Assembly (NCBI RefSeq): GCF_006345805.1
Contig: NW_021834083.1
Location: 1-27,984 of the forward strand
Length of the DNA: 27,984 bases
From: Octopus sinensis
Lineage: Eukaryota
Direction of reading: 5' to 3'
Part shown: in pieces, positions 1 through 12,930 of the stretch
How positions within the stretch are numbered: the stretch's first letter is position 1
Layout of the letters: every line of letters starts with the position of its first letter
Translations under genes and position numbers: made by a program
Notes under the pieces: generated by a model
Told to the model about the DNA's origin: nothing
Databases searched by the model: none
What the model saw: only the letters and a program-made list of their open reading frames with translations

Positions 1-319
1 GACAGACAGACCGACTGACAGATAATAGATAGATAAATTTTTATTGTAGCCACACAGGGCTAAACACAGAATAAAATGGACGAAATACAATGTAGAATAT
101 TTTCTTTTCGAGGTGGGATGGGTGGGGCACAAAAAAAACAACGTTGATCAATAGGGATCTGTGGGTTGTGTGTGTATAAAAAAGCAATATATATATATAT
201 ATAAGGTTCACAGTTTAGGTGTAGTCCTTGGAAAGAAAAACCTACAAAAACCAAGGTCACCTCAGGCAATTCGAAAAAGAACACATGGTAAGTCGCCTTA
301 CTTCTCGTTGTCTCTTTTG

Positions 320-3300
320 TTACAGATTTATGCTTAAAATAGTGTCGTCTTTCATACTGACCATTTTTGCCACTTTTACCCACTTTTTATTAAAACATTC
401 GTTCGACAAAGCCTTCCTCTCTATTCTCATCCTCCTTTTCAAGTGGTACTTGAAAAAGTTGACGAGAGACTGACCAGAGAGGAAGGTGTTTGTTTGCAGT
501 CCTTTCAAACGCGTCCACCACACACATTCTTTCGCCATAGCCATCAGCGTAACGAAAACCGTTTTCCCTTCCCGTTTAAAGGAAGGTGGCGGAACAATAT
601 CCACGATAGACTCGGCCGATAGGCGAGCCTGACCTACATGTGACAACAGCTGTTCGACGAAGGACCACAGCTCTGAAATGTCTGGACACTGCACGAATGC
701 GTGCAGAACGGTTTCGTCGCTCTGACCGCATCTCGGGCAGGTCGGTCCGGTGATGGTTTTCGAACCGTGTCTGTAGCTCTTCTCTCGAACAGGTAGTGCG
801 TCTCGATAGCACTGCCAAGCCAGGGATTTCTGGAAGTTATCCATAGGCCCCGGCCCGAACGTCGTCCTGAACAGGCGGGTTAGGAATTCCTCGTCGACGC
901 CCAGGTTTGCCCCGAGTGTGTCGTCGGACCTCCCCTCCACTAGTCCTCTATAGAACGCTTTAGTCGTTTGGAAGTTGCACAAGTTTGACCCCGGTCGGCA
1001 GAGCTGCTGTAGAGCTTGGCGACACTCTCGGTGCCAATCGCCCAGTTTCGGTCTCTTTTGATCCACGTTTGCAGTTCGGTCAGTGAGACGAGCTGCGGGA
1101 AGTCGCGCCTCACAAACGGCGCCCACACCTGTTCACCGTCGTCGATGAATTTCCAGAGATGTCGCAGTCTCAGCGCATGCCTGCGCATCATCAACCACGG
1201 CATGCCCAGTCCTCCATTCAACGGATGTTGACAGCAAATGGACTTCCTCACCATCGGAACGCCACCCTTCCACAGGAAGCGGAAGAGTATGCGTTCCAGT
1301 TTGGTGATGGTGGCGTCGGGACAAGGTACGACGGTCAGGCGGTAATCGATGACGGATGCGATGTACGCGTTCGCCACCTCCGCCCGGCCTTTTAGAGACA
1401 GCTTTCTCTCGGCCCATGTTTGGCTGAGAGCGACCACTCTACTCGTGATCTCGTCCCAGTTCTTATCCATTTGGAGGTCCGGACTGAACCAGACCCCGAG
1501 CAATTTTCGGTCCGTCCGTCCAGCGTCCCACTACTGAGCCGCAGTCGGACGGCATGGGCTTGCTTCTCCAGGTGCCGAGTAGCAAACCCACTGACTTTTC
1601 CGGGTTAATCTTTGCTCCCGTCACCGTTTCATATTTTCTTAGTGTCTCGCCGACCAGCTCGATGTGCTGGTAGCTCGACACTATGACGGTGACATCGTCC
1701 GCATATGCCGACACGCTCGTCCCGCAACCCAGTTCCCGTGGGATGCCCCTCAGTGTCGCCAGCTTCCGCAGTAGCGGCTCGAGAGTCAATACATACAGAA
1801 GCGCCGACAGGGGACACCCCTGACGGACCGAACGCGTGATGTCAAACGGTTTAGACAGGTGACCGTTCACCCGAATCACCGATCGGATGCCGCTATACAA
1901 GGCAGCGATCCAACCGCGGAACACGGGACCGAAGCCAGCAGCCCTGAGGACGGCCGCCAAGTACCGATGGTCGACCCTATCGAAGGCTTTAGACTGATCC
2001 AAATTTATCAGCGCCCCACCCATGCCAGGATCCTTAACTACCCTGTCCACAATGTAGCGCATCAGATGGAGGTTGTCATGTATGGTTCTGCCCGGCACGG
2101 CGCATGTTTGCGCCCTGTCGACCAGTTTACCAATGACAAGCGCCAACCTCTCGGCTATTACTTTGGCCAAAATTTTCAAATCTGCGTTGAGCAGAGTGAT
2201 GGGCCTGAAATTATCTATAAAATTCCCCTTGTTTGAGTCTTTCTTCAGCAACGTCACTGCACCTCGGCTCACGAAACCGGGGATTCTCCCGTTTTGTTGC
2301 CAGTTGCAGTAGACTGATGCCAAGAGGTCGCCAAACAAGTCTGGCATTCGACAATACAGCTCGTAGGGTAAACCATCCAATCCAGGCGACTTATCCCTCG
2401 CGCAGCCCGCCATCGCATCCCACACGTCAGCGGCTGTGATGGGACTTTCACAACACTCCGCTTTTCTTGCCGAGAGCCGCGGCAGGTCGGTCAGGTAGGC
2501 ACTGAAATCCATCCCTCGTTCCGACCCACCACTCGCACCAAACAGTCGAGCAAAGTGCTGTTGAAAGGCCTCACACATCCTTTCGGGTTCGAGTAAACTG
2601 CATCCCTGTTGATCTATTAGAGACCGAATGGTTGATCTGTTGCAACGCTGCGCCTCCGCTACCCGGGCTTCTCGCGCAGCTTCAATCCCTTCGTTCCTTA
2701 AGGCACGCATTTTAGCTCTGACGGACGCAACCTTCGTGCTTGGCGTTGAGGTGTTCGGAGGGCCATCCTCGCAGCCAGCACGTTGGTTGCGCTGCCAGTG
2801 GTAAGTGCCTCTTCTAGTTTCTTAACTAAGTCTCCCTCTACTCTATTTCGTTCTATCGCTAATTCCTTGCTAAACCTAATTGATTCCGATTTTATTGCCA
2901 TTTTCAGGGCGTACCACCAGCGGTTGTTAACGACGGCTCCCGTCAGCGCCCTCTTAATTAACTCGCTAATCCGGTTCCTGTAACCTGTCGCGCTAACAGC
3001 GACGTGTTCAGTTTCCAGTAACCGGGACCCTGCCTATGTGTTTTATCTAAGTCGAGCGTACACGTAACAAATTTGTGATCTGTGTAGCTGACTATTTTAA
3101 ATTGTGACATCCTACACTATCCCTATCCGCTGTCCTGCATAGAATTCTATCTAGATAAGATCTCGACGATCCGACGCGGTTTGTCCAAGTCCACGTTGGC
3201 ACGTTCGGATGGTCGAGTCGGAACCTGTCAGACAAATGGAAACGTCTGAGCAGGTCTTTGAGGCTCTTACACCCCCTTCTATTCCTATCCCTTCCCACAT

Positions 3301-3763
3301 AATCTAGATGCGTGTCCAAGGTAGCGTTCCAATCCCCTACTAACAGTAAAGGTCTAGACGTACCCAGGAAAACCTCTAGACGTCTGAAGAAATCCGCCCG
3401 ACCCGTTAAGGACGGTGCATAAACTGCCATCAGACGGAATGCACACCCATTTCTGCCATCCACGTCCAAGACAACCAGCCTACCCTCCGGGTCTAGGAAT
3501 ATTGCTCTTACTTTTACCTTTAGACTCTTTCGAAAAAGCACCGCAGTACCTCCACCACCCATGTTCGGCAGACAGGGAGAAAAATAAATGTCAAATTGAT
3601 TGCCAAACATGGACTCGAGGGCCCGCGGCTTACTGAGTCTGGTTTCACTGATAGCTACTATATCCACGTTCAGTGACTTGATGTCGTTTAGAAGGTAACC
3701 TTGCTTCCAAGCCGACGCCAAGCCACGCGCATTCACACAACCTAATTTAAGCATACTTGACAT
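320..3763 (-). CDS. LINE ORF2 (APE endonuclease, reverse transcriptase, zf-RVT-like domain), split by several frameshifts
   Basis: Pieces 3092-3763 (VNARGL, SET, VYAP, GDWNA, LDRI; SYTDHK continues in a shifted frame near 3075-3090), 2698-2901, 1463-2710 (FRPITLLN, DQSKAFDRVDH, VRQGCPLS, YADD), 940-1503, 320-1126 (CPRC..ETVLHAFVQC). Confidence 0.92.
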
Positions 3764-3820
3764 TTACGAAAATTGTGTTTTACACACTATATTAGAAGAG
3801 ACAAGAGGCAAGAAGTGAGG

Positions 3821-5701
3821 TCACTTACTCATTTTAAAAGTTTCACTTTTTTCTTCTTTTGTATCGTTTTTGATGAGGTGTTTGTATAGTTTTTTCGACA
3901 GGTATCGTTGATACCCGCCTACCGCATTCGGAAATAATGTTTTCAGTATGTGGTGTTGTGCTTGTGTTATGTGTAAAATTCTGATGTGTTTCGGTGGTGT
4001 GGTGTGCGGATGATTGTTTGTCTTAAAATCATCTTCACAGACGACCATGTTAGATTTGATGTAGTCCATTAATTCTTTATTGTCTGTGTCTATTGCAGTT
4101 AGTTGTGTGTGTGATTTTACGGGTTCATTACTTTTTTGATTGTCTAGGGGAATGTTGTCCTGAGTGAGATATCTCCCTGCTTTAATTCCTTGTTTGGTGG
4201 ATTTTTTGGATCTTTTTCTTTTACCCCCTGTGGCTATTTGCCATTCCGTCGAACTTTCGTCGTCCGAGGTATCAGTATGGGGTAGAGGAAAAAGAACAGG
4301 ATCACTATGTATGCTTGTATAAATTGTTGATGTTTTGTGCGGTGTTTGTGTTGTTGTGGTGTTAGGGGTAGCATTTGTCTTCTCGTCAGTGTTTTCTGTC
4401 TTTTTAATTGTCGTCCTGGGTGTGGGTGTGGGTCGATTTTTGAAGATTCAACAAGTTTAATTGGTTGTGACGTCAACGGTGATTGTGTTGGTACTGTTTT
4501 TCTTGGTGATGTTGTTGGGGTTTGTTTGCTGGTTTGTTGTTTTTCTTGGCGTTGTTCCATAATTGAGTGTGTTGGTTGGTTGGTGTTTAACAAAGGGATT
4601 TTATTTGTTTTCTGAATTGTTCTTTCTTGTTTTTTCTGTACCAGATCGCACTTGGCAATCAAATGTTCGGGGCTGCCACATTTGTAGCATCTAGGCTTTT
4701 TGCCTTCTGCCATAACATATAGGCATTGCCCATTCTCCAAGTATATCTTGTCGGGTAGGCTCTCGATAGAGGCCCCCTCAATCTGGATAGTCACAACTAC
4801 TGTTTTTCCACCCCAATTGTCGTTTAGGTACACGGCTGTTTCTAGAATATTGATCTTTTTCAAGTGGTAACAGATTGCCCCTGTTATCCATTTGTTCGGC
4901 ATATCGGGGGGTACATTTCTGATAGTAATTCTACTCACCCTCTGGTTTTTATAATAAGGGACCATGATGATTTCATCATTTCCCAGAGACTCAGTAGAGT
5001 GAGCTTTTGCCACTTCCTGGTTAGGGAAGCGGACCACTACTGTGTTAAACTGGGGACCCCAGTTTATATACTCTTTTTCTTTCATTATGTTTTTTAAACA
5101 TTTCTCCACATCAGTTTTTGTAATCTGTTCATTTGGTTTTTTTGTTTTTTCTAATAATTTTATATACAATTGTCTTATTTTCTATTTCTTGTTTTATATG
5201 TTGAGGTGTATGCAGGACTAAATCTTGTCCACGGGTTGTAAAGAGAGCTCTTGTTTCTATGAGCTCTTCATTTGTGAATGTAACAATCTCCTTTTTCTGG
5301 CGAAGAATATCTGCGAAATTTACTGTTGTTGACTTTTTTGTATTGGCATCTTCACTATTAGATAGTTCATTTTTATTGTTGTTCTTGTTGTTGCTGTTGT
5401 TTTTGTCAATAGTTTTCGTTTCAGTTTTATTTTTATCATTTATGTTGGTCGTGGTAGTGGTGGTGGTGGTGGTGGTGGTGGTGGTGGTAGCAGTTGTTGT
5501 CTCGTGGTTGCTGTTGTTAGTGGTGGTGGTGGCGGTGGTGACAGGGCTGTTAACGCACGTGGTTGCAGCGTTCCTTTCACCGAATTTCACGTTTGCATTT
5601 TCCGTGCGAACGTTCTTTTTTTTCTCTGTCGTTTCCAGACTAGGAAAATGTTGTTCCAAAAAAGAACGCGACCAGCGTTCAACAATAAAATTTCTAGACA
5701 T
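3821..5701 (-). CDS. LINE ORF1 (gag-like nucleic-acid-binding protein), frameshifted
   Basis: Collinear ORFs 5129-5701, 4234-5169 and 3821-4069 directly upstream of ORF2; CYKCGSPEHLIAKC (CX2CX4HX4C); N-terminal poly-Thr/Asn tract. Confidence 0.82.
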
Positions 5702-5900
5702 TTTCTAATGTCGAGAAGAAAATAACAGAAATGAAATGGGGTCGAAACTGCCCCTAGGGGCGAATTCCTCCCTTGGAAAAGCACTCAAATGAAAGTTGGT
5801 TGCCTTACACACCTTATTTGCAAAAATCTACACAAAAATTGGCCTATAAATAGTCAAAATAAATGATTACCTTCGGAGCTGAAACGACATCACATCCGTC

Positions 5901-5901
5901 A

Positions 5902-5962
<61 letters not shown>

Positions 5963-5978
5963 CAGATAGACAGACAGA
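5901..5978 (+). repeat. (GATA)n/(GACA)n microsatellite, the LINE target (left part at 1-35)
   Basis: Read directly from the sequence. Confidence 0.95.
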
Positions 5979-6036
5979 AATAAGAAAGATGTGTTATAAA
6001 AGAGAAGGGATATAGCTGAAAGCTGCCCGAACCTAC

Positions 6037-6125
6037 GAGCTTGTAAAAGGGCCAATTGTCTGTCCCGATTATACAGAAGATAGATCGCGCGTAATCACAC
6101 ACACAACAATCGTCCTTCGTATCGT
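6037..6125 (-). CDS. Candidate exon 6 of a membrane-protein gene (needs a 1-nt correction)
   Basis: tatag| acceptor, |gtaggt donor; corrected reading TIRRTIVVCVITAIYLLYNRDRQLALLQA. Confidence 0.4.
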
Positions 6126-6203
6126 CTATATAACGCGTGTATAGGCGCATAATACATATATACAGTACTTGCGTATATATAATATAATATATATATATAT
6201 ATA

Positions 6204-6612
6204 TACTCTTTTACTCTTTTACTTGTTTCAGTCAGTTGACTGCGGCCATGCTGGAGCACCGCCTTTAGTCGAGCAAATCGACCTTGGACTTATTCTTTTG
6301 TAAGCCCAGTACTTATTCTATCGGTCTCTTTTGCCGAACCGCTAGGTGACGGGGACATAAACACACCAGCATCGGTTGTCAAGCAATGCTAGGGGGACAA
6401 ACACAGACACACAAACATACACACACACACATATACATATATACATATATACGACGGGTTTCTTTCAGTTTCCGTCTACCAAATCCACTCACAAGGCATT
6501 GGTCGGCCCGGGGCTATAGCAGAAGACACTTGCCCAAGATGCCACGCAGTGGGACTGAACCCAGAACCATGTGGTTGGTAAGCAAGCTACTTACCACACA
6601 CCCACTCCTGCG

Positions 6613-6615
<3 letters not shown>
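6204..6615 (-). mobile_element. tRNA-derived SINE family A (octopus-type), full length
   Basis: Head aggcgcaggagtgg..gtggtaag with B-box ggttcagtcc, cttgggcaagtg core, (GTAAAAGA)n tail; near-identical copies elsewhere in the window. Confidence 0.9.
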
Positions 6616-6678
<63 letters not shown>

Positions 6679-6680
<2 letters not shown>

Positions 6681-6821
6681 GACGGGTTTCTTTCAGTTTC
6701 CGTCTACCAAATCCACTCATAAGGCTTTAGTCGGCCCGAGGCTATAGCAGAAGACACTTGCCCAAGATGCCACGCAGTGGGACTGAACCCGGAACCATGT
6801 GGTTGGTAAGCAAGCTACTTA
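6679..6821 (-). mobile_element. SINE A, partial 5' portion
   Basis: Near-identical to about 6451-6593. Confidence 0.88.
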
Positions 6822-6854
6822 ACGTCCGTCTTACAAGCTGGCATACGCTGAACG

Positions 6855-8505
<1,651 letters not shown>

Positions 8506-8658
8506 CCAATTAAGGACTGAACACGAAAAGTGGACCGTCAACATGCTAGATATAGACGTCAAATCGCCATTCTCCACAAAAAGTCTATGTTCTCAGATCA
8601 AACTCAACACCAAACCAAAACAATAAACAAGTGAAAAATATACGAAATAAATATTTAC

Positions 8659-8796
8659 CCATGTACTAAATTCAGTTTCGGCTGTTATTTTCCGCAAGGA
8701 AAAGTGCAGCCATCATCAGCATGGTCCCATATAAAATGTAATTTGCTGTACTAAATGCCAACACAATACCGAAATAACGCGTGCATGGAGTACGGC
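8659..8796 (-). CDS. Candidate exon 5 of a membrane-protein gene (in-frame stop as given; removed by a 1-nt deletion in an A run)
   Basis: taatag| acceptor, tgg|gtaaat donor; RTPCTRYFGIVLAFSTANYILYGTMLMMAALFLAE then, after correction, ITAETEFSTW. Confidence 0.45.
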
Positions 8797-9259
8797 CTAT
8801 TACATTTGAAATATATATTTCAAATGTCTTTATTTTATATACATATATATATATACAATACATATACTATATAAGTATATAATATATGTTTATATATTAT
8901 ATATATATTCTATATCTAATATATTATATATATGTTCTATGTATACATTATGTATGTATGTATGTATATATATATACATATATATATACATATATACATA
9001 CATATATATATATATACATTATATATTTTTTAAATATATTAAATATATATTATATAATCTATATATATTATAATACATATACTATATAAGTATATAATAT
9101 ATAATGTTTATGTATTATATGCATTATATATAATAATTATATATGTTATATGTATACATTAAGTATATACACATATAATTATAAAATTATATATATATAA
9201 AATTATATATGTACATTTTTATATATTATATATATATATATATAAAATTATATATGTAC

Positions 9260-9316
<57 letters not shown>

Positions 9317-9323
9317 TATGTAC

Positions 9324-9363
<40 letters not shown>

Positions 9364-9382
9364 GTCTATTATGTCCACATAA

Positions 9383-9527
9383 TGTCCCCGTAACCTAGCG
9401 GTTCGGCAAAGAGGCAGATAGAATAAGTACTATGGTTACAAAGAATAAGTCCTGATATCGATTTACTCGACTAAAGGCGGTGCTCCAGCATGTCCGCAAT
9501 CAAAAGACTGAAACAAGTAACAGAATA
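9383..9527 (+). mobile_element. SINE A, 5'-truncated 3' half
   Basis: gcggttcggcaaa...ggcggtgctccagcatg...gactgaaacaagtaa. Confidence 0.85.
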
Positions 9528-9636
9528 ATAGCGTATTTATATTATATATATAATATATATATATATATAGATGTATATATGTATATATATATATATATGA
9601 TCTATATGTATACATTCATATGTATATATATATATG

Positions 9637-9676
<40 letters not shown>

Positions 9677-10000
9677 ATATGTTATATATATACATAATGC
9701 CCTCTATATATAAATTAATATGTTCAATAAGAAATAATTATTTTCGAAATTTTTTCTCTTATGAGTTTTTTACGCTATCTACCTGACAATTTCTTGTTAA
9801 GTTTTCCTTATTAGTAGTTGTCCTTAATTGCTAAATTTTTATTCCGAAAAAACTTTTCCTCTCCCGAAATGCAATTCGTAAAAGTCCATTGCCATTATCC
9901 GGACATAGTATATACACCCCCCCCATGTGCTTCGTTGATGTTGATCAGTTAGCTGATCGGCTTAAGCGAGCAGGGTCGTTGTTTATTTATAGTATATTCA

Positions 10001-10045
10001 GGCCTGCTGATGATTACGTAAGTATGAAATCACTGTGATACAGTC
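10001..10045 (+). ncRNA. Type I hammerhead ribozyme, copy 1
   Basis: ggcctg-CTGATGA-t tac gtaa gta t-GAAA-tcac t gtga-TA-cagtc; stem I lacks one G relative to copy 2. Confidence 0.68.
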
Positions 10046-10482
10046 TATATATTTTTATTTTTAAATGTCTTTCTTTGAAAATTGCATTCGGTGGGATTAG
10101 TAATTATTTTTGGTAGAATGACTGATTGTCCCTCTTAGCGTATGGCCGTGTATGTGAATGCCTCCTGGCATGTATGTATAATGCCCTCTATATATAAATT
10201 AATATGTTCAATAAGAATAATTATTTTCGAAATTTTTTCTCTTATGAGGTTTTTACGCTATCTACCTGACAATTTCTTGTTAAGTTTTCCTTATTAAGTA
10301 GTTGTCCTTAATTGCTAATTTTTATTCCGAAAAAACTTTTCCTCTCCCGAAAGGCAATTCGTAAAAGTTTGCCATTCATCCGGATATAGTATATATATAA
10401 CCCACCCATGTGCTTCGTTGATGTTGATCAGTTAGCTGATCGCTTAAGCGAAGCAGGGTCGTTGTTTATTTCTAGTTATTCA

Positions 10483-10528
10483 GGCCTGCTGATGATTACG
10501 TAAGTATGAAATCACTGTGATACAGGTC
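10483..10528 (+). ncRNA. Type I hammerhead ribozyme, copy 2
   Basis: Stem I ggcctg/caggtc, core CUGAUGA, stem II uac-GUAA-gua, GAAA, palindromic stem III aucac-u-gugau, predicted cleavage after AUA at 10522. Confidence 0.75.
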
Positions 10529-10868
10529 TATATATTTTTTAAATGTCTTTCTTTGAAAAATTGCATTCGGTGGGATTAGTAATATTTTTGGTAGAAATGA
10601 CTGATTGTCCTCTTTAGCGTATGGCGTGTATGTAGAATGCCTCCTGGCATGTATGTATAAATCCCTCTCTATATAAATTAATATGTTCAATAAGAAATAA
10701 TTATTTTCGAAATTTTTTCTCTTATGAGGTTTTTACGCTATCTACCTGACAATTTCTTGTTAAGTTTTCCTTATTAAGTAGTTGTCCTTAATTGCTAAAT
10801 GTATATATATATATATATATATACATATATATATAGATGTATATATATATCTATATATAATAAATATA

Positions 10869-10928
<60 letters not shown>

Positions 10929-11143
10929 GACAGTAAATGAAATTATTGAATTACGCATCTTCAGAAGAACAGGGTTAAATGAATTACGGTGGAAAATCTT
11001 TCTTTAAATTGTTCTGTATACACTTTATGTTTCTATGTATATATACAAATATCAAGATGTACGTGTACACACACACACACCTACGTTCGTACATACGTGT
11101 GTGTGTAATAATAATAATGATAGATAGATAGAGATAGATAGAT

Positions 11144-11306
11144 AGGCGCAGGAGTGGCTGTGTGGTAAGTAGCTTGCTAACGAACCACATGGTTCCGGGT
11201 TCAGTCCCACTGTGTGGCACCTTGGGCAAGTGTCTTCTGCTATAGCCTCGAGCCGACCAATGCCTTGTGAGTGGATTTGGTAGACGGAAACTGAAAGAAG
11301 CCTGTC

Positions 11307-11345
<39 letters not shown>

Positions 11346-11560
11346 CGTGTGTGTTTGTGTGTCTGTCCCCCTAGCATTGCTTGACAACCGATGCTGGTGT
11401 GTTTATGTCCCCGTTACCCAGCGGTTCGGCAAAAAAGACCGATAGAGTAAGTACTGGGCTTACAAAGGAATAAGTCCCGGGGTCGAGTTGCTCGATTAAA
11501 GGCGGTGCTCCAGCATGGCCGCAGTCAAATGACTGAAACAAGTAAAAGAGTAAAAGAGTA
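11144..11560 (+). mobile_element. SINE A, full length, inserted in a GATA array
   Basis: Complete head-to-tail match to the other copies; GATA repeats on both sides. Confidence 0.9.
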
Positions 11561-11623
<63 letters not shown>

Positions 11624-11654
11624 TAGATAGAGATAGGTAGATAAATATAGATAA

Positions 11655-11872
11655 CTGGGTGTGGCTGGGCGGTAAGAAGTGTGCCTGCCAACACCATGGT
11701 TCCGAGTTCAGTCCCACTGTGTTGTATATTGCGGAAGTGTAGCCTTGAACTAACTACATATAGCTCTGTCAGTAAATTTTGTAGACGGAAACTAAGAGAA
11801 GCCCGTTGTTTATATTATTCGTTGGAGCAAAAATCTCCAGGGCGTTACCCTAGCATGACATGAACAAGTAAA
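11655..11872 (+). mobile_element. Old, internally deleted SINE A
   Basis: Degenerate head (catggttccgagttcagtcccactg), gtagacggaaact, tail gaacaagtaaa. Confidence 0.7.
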
Positions 11873-11999
11873 GGCTATATAAATACAATATACTGAAGAT
11901 TAGAGGCTTCGAGTGACCCGTCTGTTTTTTTTGTGTCCTCTCTGTGTATTTTTGCGTTCTTGTCCCACTTTGTAATTTATATTTTATATTTAATTTCTA

Positions 12000-12104
12000 T
12001 CCATATATATATTATATATACATATTCGTGTGAATATATAATATATATATATATATATATACTTGCGCGTGTGAATATATATATATATATACTTGTGCGT
12101 GTGA

Positions 12105-12145
<41 letters not shown>

Positions 12146-12267
12146 CATATATATACATATATAAATATACATATACGTGTGAATATATATATATATATAT
12201 ATATGTATAATACATGTGCGTGTGAATATATATATATATAATATATATATATACATGTGCGTGTGAT

Positions 12268-12301
<34 letters not shown>

Positions 12302-12610
12302 TATATACATATAAGTGTGAATATATTATATATATATATACATATATATATACATATACGTGTGAATATATATATATATAATATATATACGTGTGAATAT
12401 ATATATATATATATACGTGTGCGTGTGAATATATATATATATATAAATACATATATATACATATATATATACATACATATACGTGTGCGTGTGAATATTA
12501 TATATATATATATATATATATAGAAGAGTATAGAACAACAAATAACATTTATGTAAAATTGTTTATATTCTAACCGAACGTAAAGACAAACATTAAATAC
12601 TTAAACGTGT

Positions 12611-12655
<45 letters not shown>
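12000..12655. repeat. (TA)n-based compound minisatellite with recurring GTGTGAAT
   Basis: Read directly from the sequence. Confidence 0.85.
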
Positions 12656-12656
<1 letters not shown>

Positions 12657-12930
12657 AGCGTGCGTAGACAAGTATTAATATAGCTGACCATGTAGATATA
12701 TGTATATGAATATTTATGTTTACAAACATATATAGTGCGTGTATATATATATTACACACACATACTTATAGACATTTCACTCATATATCTACTATGTAAA
12801 TACATAATATACATACATGTAAGCATTACAAATATTCAGATATATGTATATCTAGATATATATAATCACACACGCACACACATATATAGGTGTATATATT
12901 TATATATTTACATAAACCCCGATATATATA

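Larger units (their letters stand above)
36..5900 (-). mobile_element. Full-length Tx1/L1-clade non-LTR retrotransposon (5'UTR, ORF1, ORF2, 3'UTR with AATAAA)
   Basis: ORF1 has a CCHC knuckle; ORF2 has APE, RT and a C-terminal CxxC..H...C motif; AATAGATAGATA is duplicated at 24-35 and 5901-5912; AATAAA at the minus-strand 3' end (40-45). Confidence 0.93.
9694..10800 (+). mobile_element. About 482-bp tandem repeat (about 2.3 copies) carrying hammerhead ribozymes; retrozyme or Penelope-like non-autonomous element
   Basis: Units start near 9694, 10178 and 10657; each full unit contains a CTGATGA...GAAA hammerhead core; no credible ORF. Confidence 0.75.

Noticed and set aside
5259-5708. Hydrophobic poly-Val ORF and other + strand ORFs within the LINE
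   Set aside because: Antisense shadows of LINE ORF1/ORF2.
10496-10690. 64-aa ORF in the hammerhead repeat as a GIY-YIG remnant
   Set aside because: No recognisable motif, and the copies differ by indels across this stretch.
11144-11220. tRNA gene
   Set aside because: A/B boxes are present but it is a SINE head continuing into the SINE body; no convincing cloverleaf.
11885-11930. CTGAAGA as another hammerhead core
   Set aside because: No downstream GAAA or stems I/III.
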